From positions 53,596 through 73,595 of IMG/VR virus record IMGVR_UViG_3300030116_006303: a stretch of 20,000 bases of DNA, one strand, 5' to 3'. This document shows, piece after piece, positions 1 to 8,300 of the stretch. Positions within the stretch are counted from its first letter, which is position 1. The number at the start of each line of letters is the position of its first letter. The DNA is from an uncultured virus (IMG/VR IMGVR_UViG_3300030116_006303) (Duplodnaviria; Heunggongvirae; Uroviricota; Caudoviricetes). The position numbers and the translations under genes were made by a program. A model generated the notes under the pieces. That model did no database searches and was not told where the DNA came from. It saw only the letters and a list, made by a program, of their open reading frames with translations.

Positions 1-2
1 TA

Positions 3-959
3 GGTACAACAAGTTATCTAAGCACAACTCAAAATGATTCAGGTAGTGCTGCGACCTCTCATGGTGATGGTGGCTCAGACATAGCAACAACAAATACAAA
101 TGTAATGCAACGGTTTTTACAAAGAGGTGTGCAAGTTGGCAACGATGAAAATGTAAACACTGTTAATGAAAGTTATGTCTTGTGGCAGTGGTTATTAGGA
201 GATAGTGCCACAACGGGTTCAAGTATTACTACTGGTGCTACTTCTGATACTATGGCAACAACCGGTATCGTTGCAGATGCGGGACATCTAAGCATCGTAG
301 AATATACTGGAACTGGAACTGCTGGAGATAACTTCCTTCATGGTCTTGGAGCAAAACCAGAGCTCGTAGCTATAAAAAGAACAACCGGATCATCTACCAA
401 TAGTGATTGGTGGACTGCAACACAAGGTATAGGATTATCCGACAATAACTATTTCTTTTTACATTACAACCTTGCTCTTCAGACTTCGACAAGTGGCATC
501 AGAACAGCCGATATTACGAATGATATTGTTGTGGTGGGTAATGGTGTAGCTGTAAACACTAGTGGTCAAACACATAGAGCTTATAATTTCAGATCTGTTC
601 CCGGTGTTTGTAAGGTTGGAATTTATACTGGAACAGGTAGTAGTGTTTATGTTCATACTGGATTTAAACCTAGATGGATTTTAATTAAAAATACTGCCGT
701 TGCTAGAAATTGGGTTATTGTAGATACAGCACGATCACTCACAAATCCAGCTGAACTGTTTCTATTTACAGACGAGCGTGATGTTGAAGCTGCAAGGGGA
801 CCAGATAGCGGAAGCGATTACGATATTGACATACTATCAGATGGTTTCGTGCCCCGCACCGCTGACAGCGCTGTAAATGGTTCAGGTAATGTTCATTTAT
901 ATCTTGCTATGGCAGATATAGCAGGAAACGGAACACTACCACCAATTTATGGAAGGTAA
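3..959 (+). CDS. Virion structural / tail-fibre-like protein, 5'-truncated by window edge
   Basis: The frame is open from position 3 (GTTSYLSTTQNDSGS...) through the 105..959 ORF, so the true start lies upstream. It is Gly/Thr/Ser-rich, with two copies of a 'YTGTG...(H/T)G(L/F)..P..(V/I).IK...W' module seen in marine phage virion proteins. It lies directly upstream of gp13. Confidence 0.6.
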   Translation, partial: GTTSYLSTTQNDSGSAATSHGDGGSDIATTNTNVMQRFLQRGVQVGNDENVNTVNESYVLWQWLLGDSATTGSSITTGATSDTMATTGIVADAGHLSIVEYTGTGTAGDNFLHGLGAKPELVAIKRTTGSSTNSDWWTATQGIGLSDNNYFFLHYNLALQTSTSGIRTADITNDIVVVGNGVAVNTSGQTHRAYNFRSVPGVCKVGIYTGTGSSVYVHTGFKPRWILIKNTAVARNWVIVDTARSLTNPAELFLFTDERDVEAARGPDSGSDYDIDILSDGFVPRTADSAVNGSGNVHLYLAMADIAGNGTLPPIYGR

Positions 960-975
960 TAAAAACTCCAGTGAT

Positions 976-983
976 TATAAATA
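976..983 (+). promoter_or_regulatory. T4-type late promoter (gp55 sigma) for gp13 operon
   Basis: Exact TATAAATA, intergenic, 21 nt before the gp13 ATG. Confidence 0.85.
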
Positions 984-1004
984 GTAAAAAGACTGGAGTT
1001 CAAA

Positions 1005-1748
1005 ATGGCAGTTCCAAGTTCAAGGGCTGAATTTAAAGATTATTGTCTTCGTCGTTTGGGAGAGCCAGTAATCGATGTAAATGTCGATGCTGAGCAAGTA
1101 GAAGATCGTATTGATGAAGCTCTAAAATACTACCAAGATTATCATTTCGATGGTACCGAGCGTGTTCTCATAAAACATGTCGTGACAGCTTCTGATAAAT
1201 CAAACGGATATATAACTCTTTCAGACTCAGTTATCGGTGTCAATCGTATATTAGATGTTGGGCAAGCAGTTCAGTCGTCGAATTTATTCAATATACGGTA
1301 TCAAATACATTTAAACGATTTATTTGATCTATCAGCATCTTCGTATGTACCATATGTTACTGCTATGACACACGTTGCTTACCTCGAAGAGTTATTTGTC
1401 GGCAAAAAACCTTTGAGATTTAACAGACACGTAAATAGATTGCACATTGATATGGACTGGGATAATGATGTTGCTCTCGACGAATATATCATTGTAGATG
1501 CATATCGTATAGTCGATGGAGATGTCTATACTGACATATGGGGCGATCGATGGTTAGCAAGATACGCAACTGCACTTATAAAACGTCAGTGGGGATCAAA
1601 TATTACGAAGTTCGAGGGTATGCAATTACCGGGTGGATTAACTTTCAACGGTGCTAAAATATATGATGATGCAGAAGCTGAGATTCAAAAACTTGAAGAG
1701 GAAGTATTATCAGCATATAGCTTACCTGTGCAAGATATGGTTGGATAG
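1005..1748 (+). CDS. gp13: Neck protein gp13
   Basis: Motifs 'YCLRRLGEPVIDVNV', 'YATALIKRQWGSNITKFEGMQLPGG'; GGAG SD at 995-998; T4 gp13-14-15 synteny. Confidence 0.93.
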   Translation: MAVPSSRAEFKDYCLRRLGEPVIDVNVDAEQVEDRIDEALKYYQDYHFDGTERVLIKHVVTASDKSNGYITLSDSVIGVNRILDVGQAVQSSNLFNIRYQIHLNDLFDLSASSYVPYVTAMTHVAYLEELFVGKKPLRFNRHVNRLHIDMDWDNDVALDEYIIVDAYRIVDGDVYTDIWGDRWLARYATALIKRQWGSNITKFEGMQLPGGLTFNGAKIYDDAEAEIQKLEEEVLSAYSLPVQDMVG

Positions 1749-1750
1749 TT

Positions 1751-2644
1751 ATGCCCACAAATGTGTATTTTAATAATTTTGGATATGCTCGAGAGCAAGA
1801 CTTAGTAGAAGATCTTAGTATTGAAGCAATCAAGGTCTACGGGCATAATGTGAAGTACATCCCAAAGGCCGCTGTGAGACGAGATCCTCTTTTTGGTGAG
1901 GATACATTGGCTACTTATGATGATGCAGTCGACATTGAGATGTACATAAAAAATGTTGAGGGCTTCGAGGGTGAGGGCGATTTTTTATCTCGATTTAATC
2001 TTGAGATTAGAGACTCGGTAACATTTACGGTTGCAAGAAAAAGATTCGATCAGGCTCGATCAGAGAGACTCACGACCGAGGTAGGTTATAGTTACCTTCA
2101 AGAGAGCGCAAACACTGCGGCTCCTTCTCGTCAATACCTTTCAACATCCGCAAACACTGCATATCTAGCAGGCATTACACTTGAAACAGCCACATCAGAA
2201 GGGTATGCAATTACTAATAACAGACCAACTGAAGGTGATCTCATTTGGTTCCCCATGGTCGACAAGTTATTTGAGATCAAATTTGTAGAGCACGAAGCTG
2301 TGTTTTATCAAACAGGACGACTACAGACTTATGATCTGCGATGTGAATTGTTTACATATAGTAATGAAAGAATTGATACGGGTATCAGTGAGATCGATGC
2401 GATTGAGGATAATTTAAGTACTGATATCTTGACATTCGAAATCAGTCTGGAAGATGGTGGTGGATACGGCCCAGGCATACTGCAATCAGAAGATGGCGGA
2501 TCAATTATGCAAGAATATCGTGTGGAAGACAATCAGCCGACTGCAAACAACGAGTACTTCCAAAGCAATGATCCTATATTCAGTTCAAGTGCGGTGATTG
2601 ATTTCAGTGAGAGTAACCCATTCTCAGAAGTGGATAGATTTTAA
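1751..2644 (+). CDS. gp14: Neck / head closure protein gp14
   Basis: Motifs 'EQDLVEDLSIEAIKVYG', 'DPLFGED', 'RPTEGDLIWFP...LFEIKFVEHE...FYQ.G', C-terminal 'DFSESNPF'. Confidence 0.92.
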   Translation: MPTNVYFNNFGYAREQDLVEDLSIEAIKVYGHNVKYIPKAAVRRDPLFGEDTLATYDDAVDIEMYIKNVEGFEGEGDFLSRFNLEIRDSVTFTVARKRFDQARSERLTTEVGYSYLQESANTAAPSRQYLSTSANTAYLAGITLETATSEGYAITNNRPTEGDLIWFPMVDKLFEIKFVEHEAVFYQTGRLQTYDLRCELFTYSNERIDTGISEIDAIEDNLSTDILTFEISLEDGGGYGPGILQSEDGGSIMQEYRVEDNQPTANNEYFQSNDPIFSSSAVIDFSESNPFSEVDRF

Positions 2645-3480
2645 TGTTTGGACAGCAATACTACCACGGAACAATACGAAAATACGTTATTGCATTTGGT
2701 AACTTGTTTAATGACATCATTGTACAAAGACTTGATTCAAACGGCAATCGTATTCAGAGTCTATTAGTTCCTCTTGCATATGGCCCAAAAGAAAAGTGGC
2801 TAGTGAGGCTAGTTCAGGATCCAAATTTAGATCAAGATGTGGCCATCACACTACCTCGAATGGGATTCGAGATTCAAGGCATGACGTACTCGCCGCAGAG
2901 AAAACTATCTTCTACAATTAAAAATGTAAGGCTACGAAGTACGGATTTTAATAGAGTAGATACGCAGTTTATACCAGTTCCGTACGATTTTACTATTGCA
3001 CTATCCGTTTTTGTTCGGAATGCAGACGACGGAGCTCAAATAATTGAGCAAATTCTTCCTTATTTCAGGCCTGAGTTTACAACACAAGTAAATTTGATTC
3101 CTGAAATGCAAGTAGTTGTAGATACACCAATTGTACTGCAGGATGTATCCATCGAAGATACTTACGAGGGCGACTTTGATACTCGAAGGGCATTGATTTA
3201 TAATCTTACATTTAGCCTGAAGGGTTATATCTATGGTCCTGTAGCGAATAGTGGCTTGATCAAGCGTGCAATTACTAATTTTGTTGACGCGACTACAGAT
3301 GCAGAGCCAACAATCGAGCGAATGACTATCACTCCTTCACAGTTTGCAAATGGATCACCACTCTTTGTTCCATCTGGCAATAGTGCTCAATCTGTAGCAT
3401 TGAGTCAAATTAGTGCGAATACGGACTTCGGATTTACTACTGATATTACGATAGATCCATTTGACATCACAGAGACATAG
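2644..3480 (+). CDS. gp15: Tail sheath stabilizer / tail terminator gp15
   Basis: Motifs 'YYHGTIRKYVIAFGNLFNDI', 'VPLAYGPKEK', 'TLPRMGFE', 'QIIEQILPYF.P'; start overlaps the gp14 stop (TAATG). Confidence 0.93.
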   Translation: MFGQQYYHGTIRKYVIAFGNLFNDIIVQRLDSNGNRIQSLLVPLAYGPKEKWLVRLVQDPNLDQDVAITLPRMGFEIQGMTYSPQRKLSSTIKNVRLRSTDFNRVDTQFIPVPYDFTIALSVFVRNADDGAQIIEQILPYFRPEFTTQVNLIPEMQVVVDTPIVLQDVSIEDTYEGDFDTRRALIYNLTFSLKGYIYGPVANSGLIKRAITNFVDATTDAEPTIERMTITPSQFANGSPLFVPSGNSAQSVALSQISANTDFGFTTDITIDPFDITET

Positions 3481-3481
3481 T

Positions 3482-3913
3482 ATGAAAACGAATATGGAAA
3501 AGAATATGGAAGACATATTCGATATATCTGAAAATACGAAGCCAATTATTGAAGTGATGCAAGATGGCCAAGTACCCACAGTTTTAGAAAAATATTCCGA
3601 AAAGAGTGATGAAATTGATGCAGATTACAAGTATGCAAGAGAAAATTTGAGAAGTATTATTGACTCTGCTCAAGCATCCATCGAGGATCTTTCTTCTATT
3701 GCATCTACATCAGAGTCACCTAGAGCATATGAAGTTCTATCGACCTTAATGAAAACAATTGTCGATGCGAATAAAGATTTACTAGAACTTCAAAGGAAAG
3801 TCAAATTATTAAAAGATGAATCATCTCAGCCGCAGAGTGTTACAAATGCACTGTTTGTTGGTAGTACATCAGAATTACAGAAACTTATCAAGAAACAAAC
3901 AGATATTGAATAA
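3482..3913 (+). CDS. gp16: Terminase small subunit gp16
   Basis: Motifs 'DYKYARENL', 'ESPRAYEV', 'NALFVGSTSELQK'; located between gp15 and gp17. The ATG at 3482 is preferred over the TTG at 3461; later ATGs are possible. Confidence 0.9.
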   Translation: MKTNMEKNMEDIFDISENTKPIIEVMQDGQVPTVLEKYSEKSDEIDADYKYARENLRSIIDSAQASIEDLSSIASTSESPRAYEVLSTLMKTIVDANKDLLELQRKVKLLKDESSQPQSVTNALFVGSTSELQKLIKKQTDIE

Positions 3914-3928
3914 ATAGGCTCAAAGCCT

Positions 3929-3956
3929 ATTATAATATGCTTGTCAGAAAAGTCAA
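3929..3956 (-). promoter_or_regulatory. Candidate sigma70-type promoter, antisense to gp16
   Basis: The minus strand reads TTGACT (3956-3951), a 16 nt spacer, then TATAAT (3934-3929). Confidence 0.45.
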
Positions 3957-3961
3957 TAATA

Positions 3962-5602
3962 ATGTCTGAAAATTATCTAGCAAATCCATTATTAAAACGT
4001 GCATATGTTCAAATAGAGTGGACAGCAGAGCAAGTACAAGAAGTTATAAAGTGCTCACAAGATATTAATTACTTTATTAAAAACTATGTAAAAATTATAA
4101 GCCTCGACGAGGGTCTTATAAACTTTGATATGTACGGGTTCCAAGAATCAATGGCAGAACTCATTGCAAAAAATAGATTTTCAGTTATCAAAACTTGTAG
4201 GCAGGCTGGAAAAACCACAACATCTGCTGCTGTTATTCTTTGGCACATTCTGTTTAATGATGACTATACTGTAGCCATTCTAGCAAATAAACTTACAACC
4301 GCTAGAGAAATTTTATCTCGTGTTCAGCGTGCATATGAAAATTTACCTAAGTGGTTGCAGCAAGGTGTGATGACATGGAACAAAACGAGTATTGAACTCG
4401 AAAACGGTAGCAAAATTATCGCATCATCTACAGCATCGAGTGCTATTCGTGGTTACTCTATTAACTTCCTGTATCTAGATGAATTTGCTTTCGTTCCTCG
4501 TAATATCCAAGATGATTTCTTTACATCAGTTTATCCTACAATTATTTCAGGTACAAATACAAAAGTCGTAATTACATCAACACCGAATGGCTTCGATCTT
4601 TTCTACAAAATCTGGACAAACTCAGTAGAGAATCGAAATGAGTACGTAAACTATTCCGTTAACTGGTGGGACGTGCCTGGTAGAGATGAAAAATGGCGTG
4701 ATAAAACTATTGCAAATACCAGTGAGGACCAGTTTAGACAAGAATTCGAAGCGGAGTTTATAGGTTCATCGAATACACTCATTGCTCCTAGTATTCTTCG
4801 AGCAATGACATTTAAAACACCCATATCCACATACTATGAGGGTAGTCTAAATGTATATGAAGAGCCAATACCGGGTAGAGCATACTTCTGTGTTGCTGAT
4901 ACAAGTAGGGGTGTTGGTATTGACTCATCCGCATTTATTATTGTAGACGTGACAGAAATACCATATAAAGTAGTTGCAGCATATAAAAATAATACCATTG
5001 CACCGATAGTGTATCCAGAAGTGATATATAATGTTGTGAAATCGTATGGCGAGGCATTTACTCTCGTGGAGATAAATGATAATGGACAGCAAATTGCTGA
5101 TATTCTCGCAAATGACTTAGAATACGAAAACATTATCTACACAACAATGCAGGGCCGTGGTGGTCAGGTAATAGGCGGTGGATTTTCATCAAATAGTCAG
5201 AAAGGTGTGAGAACTACAAAACCAGTAAAGCGGGTTGGTTGTGCCACCGCTAAGACAATGATTGAAAAACACAAAATTATTCTGAACGATTTTGATTTAA
5301 TAAATGAAATGTCGACATTTATTCAGAGAGGAAATTCTTATGAGGCAGAACAAGGAGCACATGATGATTTAATGATGTGTATTGTTCTTTTCTCTTGGGC
5401 ATCCAATCAACAGTTTTTCAAAGAATTAACCGACACTGATTTTCGTAAAAAATTGCTAGAAGAACGTGATAAACTTATATCTGATGATGTCATGCCATTT
5501 GGATTTTATGATGATGGAAGTGACGAAAGCGAGCTATTAATAAATAATCCAACAGGTGAAATTTGGAGCAACGATACTAGCAATAAGTGGTATTCTTGGT
5601 GA
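3962..5602 (+). CDS. gp17: Terminase large subunit gp17
   Basis: N-terminal 'YLANPLLK', Walker A 'RQAGKTT', Walker B 'FLYLDEFAF', 'ITSTPNG', RNase H-like nuclease 'VADTSRG' and 'HDDLMM'. The ATG at 3962 is preferred over the TTG at 3941. Confidence 0.96.
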   Translation: MSENYLANPLLKRAYVQIEWTAEQVQEVIKCSQDINYFIKNYVKIISLDEGLINFDMYGFQESMAELIAKNRFSVIKTCRQAGKTTTSAAVILWHILFNDDYTVAILANKLTTAREILSRVQRAYENLPKWLQQGVMTWNKTSIELENGSKIIASSTASSAIRGYSINFLYLDEFAFVPRNIQDDFFTSVYPTIISGTNTKVVITSTPNGFDLFYKIWTNSVENRNEYVNYSVNWWDVPGRDEKWRDKTIANTSEDQFRQEFEAEFIGSSNTLIAPSILRAMTFKTPISTYYEGSLNVYEEPIPGRAYFCVADTSRGVGIDSSAFIIVDVTEIPYKVVAAYKNNTIAPIVYPEVIYNVVKSYGEAFTLVEINDNGQQIADILANDLEYENIIYTTMQGRGGQVIGGGFSSNSQKGVRTTKPVKRVGCATAKTMIEKHKIILNDFDLINEMSTFIQRGNSYEAEQGAHDDLMMCIVLFSWASNQQFFKELTDTDFRKKLLEERDKLISDDVMPFGFYDDGSDESELLINNPTGEIWSNDTSNKWYSW

Positions 5603-5614
5603 TAATCCTATTTT

Positions 5615-5622
5615 TATAAATA
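5615..5622 (+). promoter_or_regulatory. T4-type late promoter for gp18
   Basis: Exact TATAAATA in the gp17-gp18 intergenic region. Confidence 0.85.
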
Positions 5623-5670
5623 ATAATGAACGAAAAATGCTATTAAATTAGTAGATAGGAGAATGACACA

Positions 5671-7608
5671 ATGCCTTTTCAAGTATCACCAGGCGTTAAT
5701 GTAACGGAAATTGATTTAACTACCGTGATTCCCGCTGTCTCCACGACGATCGGTGCTATTGCCGGACGTTTTGATTGGGGACCAGTAGATTTGCGAGTAT
5801 TGGTCGATTCAGAAGAAACATTAACCAGGCAATTTTATAAGCCAAATTCAAACACGGCTGCGACATACTTTACTGCAGCGAACTTCCTTGCTTATGGCAA
5901 CGCTTTATTCGTTGTTCGTGTTAAAAACGAAGCAAACAATGCTACTTCGAGTGGTAATACTGGAGTTCGTATCTTAAATGATGATGATTATGATAATAAC
6001 TTTTCTACGGGAACGGGTGGTTCAGCCACAGCATGGGTCGCTAAGTATCCGGGAGCACTAGGTAACTCGTTAAAAGTTTCTATCTGTCAGTCCAATGCTG
6101 CGTTTTCAAACGTGGTAACGAGTGCTACTTTCTCATTTACTGCTGGTAATCAAACAGTAACTACGAGCGCTAACGTCTTTCCAACTATTGCGGTTGGCGA
6201 TTCACTCGTGCATGCTAACTCTACTGTCTCAATTAATGTCGTCGTTGATTCAATAGCTGCTACCGGAAGGTCGCTCACCGTTAAAAAAGCGCCGACGCAA
6301 GAGGATCTCGGTAGTAACGCATCACTTACGACAACAGCAGGTGACATCACTCGTCGATGGGAATACTTCAACTTCTTCAATGCTGCTCCAGGAACTTCAA
6401 GCTATGCTGCTCGACTCGGCGGTGCTAATGACGAACTTCATATCGCAGTTGTTGATGAGGACGGTGAGATCACAGGTATTAAGGGTCAGGTTATCGAGCG
6501 GTTTGAAGCTGCCTCGAAAGCATCTGATGCGTTATTCGATGACGGAACAAATGCTTTTTACAAAGAAGTCATCAATAATAGATCACAATGGATTTGGTGG
6601 GCTGGACATGATCCACAATTAGGGATTACAGGAACACCTACGGCAACTCAAACATTTACAGCTTCCTCAACAAAACCTCAGACTACATCGATGTCTGGTG
6701 GTGATAATGGCGGAAACCCATCGAATGCAGAACTGATTAACGGATATGATCTATTTGAATCAGCGGAGGATGTGGACGTTTCGCTTATCCTCGGGGCTGC
6801 TGCTAATCAGACAGTTGCTACTCACATTATCAACAATATCTGCGAGACAAGACTTGATTGTATTGTATGTCTCTCGCCAGAGGAAGCCGATGTCGTGAAT
6901 AACTCGATATATGCTGGTAAGGAAAGAGAAGACATTATTGAGTTCAGGAATACACTACCTTCAACATCCTATGCGGTGTTAGATAGTACTTGGAAATACC
7001 AGTACGATAAGTATAATGATGTCTTCCGTTATGTTCCATCTAACGGTGATACAGCCGGTCTCATGGTCCGAACGGACACCACGAGAGATCCTTGGTTCTC
7101 ACCTGCTGGATTTAACAGGGGTAACATTAAAAACGTCGCTAAACTTGCTTTCAATCCACGCAAAGCAGATCGTGACGAATTGTATAAGTCCGGGATCAAT
7201 CCGATCGTAACATTCCCTGGTCAAGGAACAGTGTTGTTTGGAGATAAAACTCTCTTAGCAAAACCGAGTGCCTTTGACCGTATTAACGTTCGTAGACTCT
7301 TCATTGTCTTAGAAAAAGCAATCTCGACTGCTGCTAAGTTTACACTGTTCGAGTTTAACGATGCATTTACTCGGGCTCAATTCCGTAATTTGGTCGAACC
7401 ATTCCTACGGGATGTGCAGGGTCGTCGTGGTATCTTTGATTTCCGAGTGGTCTGTGACGAAACAAACAACACAGGTGAGGTCATTGATCGTAACGAATTT
7501 ATCGGTGACATCTACATTAAGCCGGCACGCTCAATTAACTTCATTCAACTCAACTTCATAGCCGTCCGCACTGGGGTTGATTTTGAAGAAATAGTTGGTA
7601 AATTCTAA
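5671..7608 (+). CDS. gp18: Contractile tail sheath protein gp18
   Basis: Motifs 'MPFQVSPGVNVTEIDLT', 'F.WGP', 'PWFSPAGFNRG', 'FDRINVRRLF', 'IYIKPARSINFIQLNF'; AGGAG SD. Confidence 0.97.
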   Translation: MPFQVSPGVNVTEIDLTTVIPAVSTTIGAIAGRFDWGPVDLRVLVDSEETLTRQFYKPNSNTAATYFTAANFLAYGNALFVVRVKNEANNATSSGNTGVRILNDDDYDNNFSTGTGGSATAWVAKYPGALGNSLKVSICQSNAAFSNVVTSATFSFTAGNQTVTTSANVFPTIAVGDSLVHANSTVSINVVVDSIAATGRSLTVKKAPTQEDLGSNASLTTTAGDITRRWEYFNFFNAAPGTSSYAARLGGANDELHIAVVDEDGEITGIKGQVIERFEAASKASDALFDDGTNAFYKEVINNRSQWIWWAGHDPQLGITGTPTATQTFTASSTKPQTTSMSGGDNGGNPSNAELINGYDLFESAEDVDVSLILGAAANQTVATHIINNICETRLDCIVCLSPEEADVVNNSIYAGKEREDIIEFRNTLPSTSYAVLDSTWKYQYDKYNDVFRYVPSNGDTAGLMVRTDTTRDPWFSPAGFNRGNIKNVAKLAFNPRKADRDELYKSGINPIVTFPGQGTVLFGDKTLLAKPSAFDRINVRRLFIVLEKAISTAAKFTLFEFNDAFTRAQFRNLVEPFLRDVQGRRGIFDFRVVCDETNNTGEVIDRNEFIGDIYIKPARSINFIQLNFIAVRTGVDFEEIVGKF

Positions 7609-7616
7609 TCGGGCAA

Positions 7617-7624
7617 TATAAATA
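7617..7624 (+). promoter_or_regulatory. T4-type late promoter for gp19
   Basis: Exact TATAAATA between gp18 and gp19. Confidence 0.85.
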
Positions 7625-7650
7625 ATAGAGAGAATTAGGAGAATATAAAA

Positions 7651-8199
7651 ATGGCTTTTTCTGTACAAGAGTTTCAGGGACAAATGGAGTTTGGGGGTGC
7701 CCGTCCCTCACTCTTCGAAGTAAATATTACTAACCCCTTCAACAGTGCCGCAGATGATAAGGTAAGGTTTATGGCAAAGGCGGCTCAGGTCCCCGGCACA
7801 AACCTTACACCAATCACTGTAAACTACTTCGGGCGCCCTGTAAAATTTGCTGGTAATAGAACATATGAAGACTGGACTGTTACTATCATTAATGATGAGG
7901 ATTTCGCAGTTCGTGCGGGTCTTGAGGAATGGGTGCAAAGTATTAATAGCACACAGGGTAACTTGCGACTTACTGGTGCAAATCCAGAAGCTTATAAGTC
8001 ACAAGGGCAGGTTATTCATTACGGTAAACAAGGCGAAATCATTCGCGAGTATAAGTTTGTTGGATTATTCCCAACGGTACTCGCACCAATTGAACTATCT
8101 TGGGACACCGCAGATGCTATTGAAGAATACACCGTAACTTGGACTTATGACTTCTTCACGGTAGACGTCGCAACCGCCTTCGGTGGTCTTATCAACTAA
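7651..8199 (+). CDS. gp19: Tail tube protein gp19
   Basis: Motifs 'GGARPSLFEV', 'AGNRTYEDWTVTIINDEDF', 'IEEYTVTWTYD'; AGGAG SD; follows the sheath gene. Confidence 0.95.
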   Translation: MAFSVQEFQGQMEFGGARPSLFEVNITNPFNSAADDKVRFMAKAAQVPGTNLTPITVNYFGRPVKFAGNRTYEDWTVTIINDEDFAVRAGLEEWVQSINSTQGNLRLTGANPEAYKSQGQVIHYGKQGEIIREYKFVGLFPTVLAPIELSWDTADAIEEYTVTWTYDFFTVDVATAFGGLIN

Positions 8200-8220
8200 T
8201 ATTTTTTATATTACATCAAA

Positions 8221-8244
8221 AGGGAGCTTCGGCTCCCTTTTTTT
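8221..8244 (+). terminator. Rho-independent terminator with C(UUCG)G tetraloop
   Basis: AGGGAGC-TTCG-GCTCCCT followed by a T run, downstream of gp19. The upstream A run suggests it could act bidirectionally. Confidence 0.9.
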
Positions 8245-8258
8245 ATGTTTTTCGCCAT

Positions 8259-8266
8259 TATAAATA
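8259..8266 (+). promoter_or_regulatory. T4-type late promoter for gp20
   Basis: Exact TATAAATA just after the terminator. Confidence 0.85.
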
Positions 8267-8300
8267 ATAAAAATAATACTTATAGCATAGGATCAATATA

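Noticed and set aside
3355..3579. Minus-strand ORF as a possible target of the antisense promoter
   Set aside because: It overlaps gp15 and gp16, starts about 350 nt from the promoter, and has shadow-like composition.
3962..5602. Possible intron, intein or homing endonuclease in terminase or other core genes
   Set aside because: gp17, gp18, gp20 and gp23 are continuous and of ordinary length; no intein or endonuclease motifs were seen.
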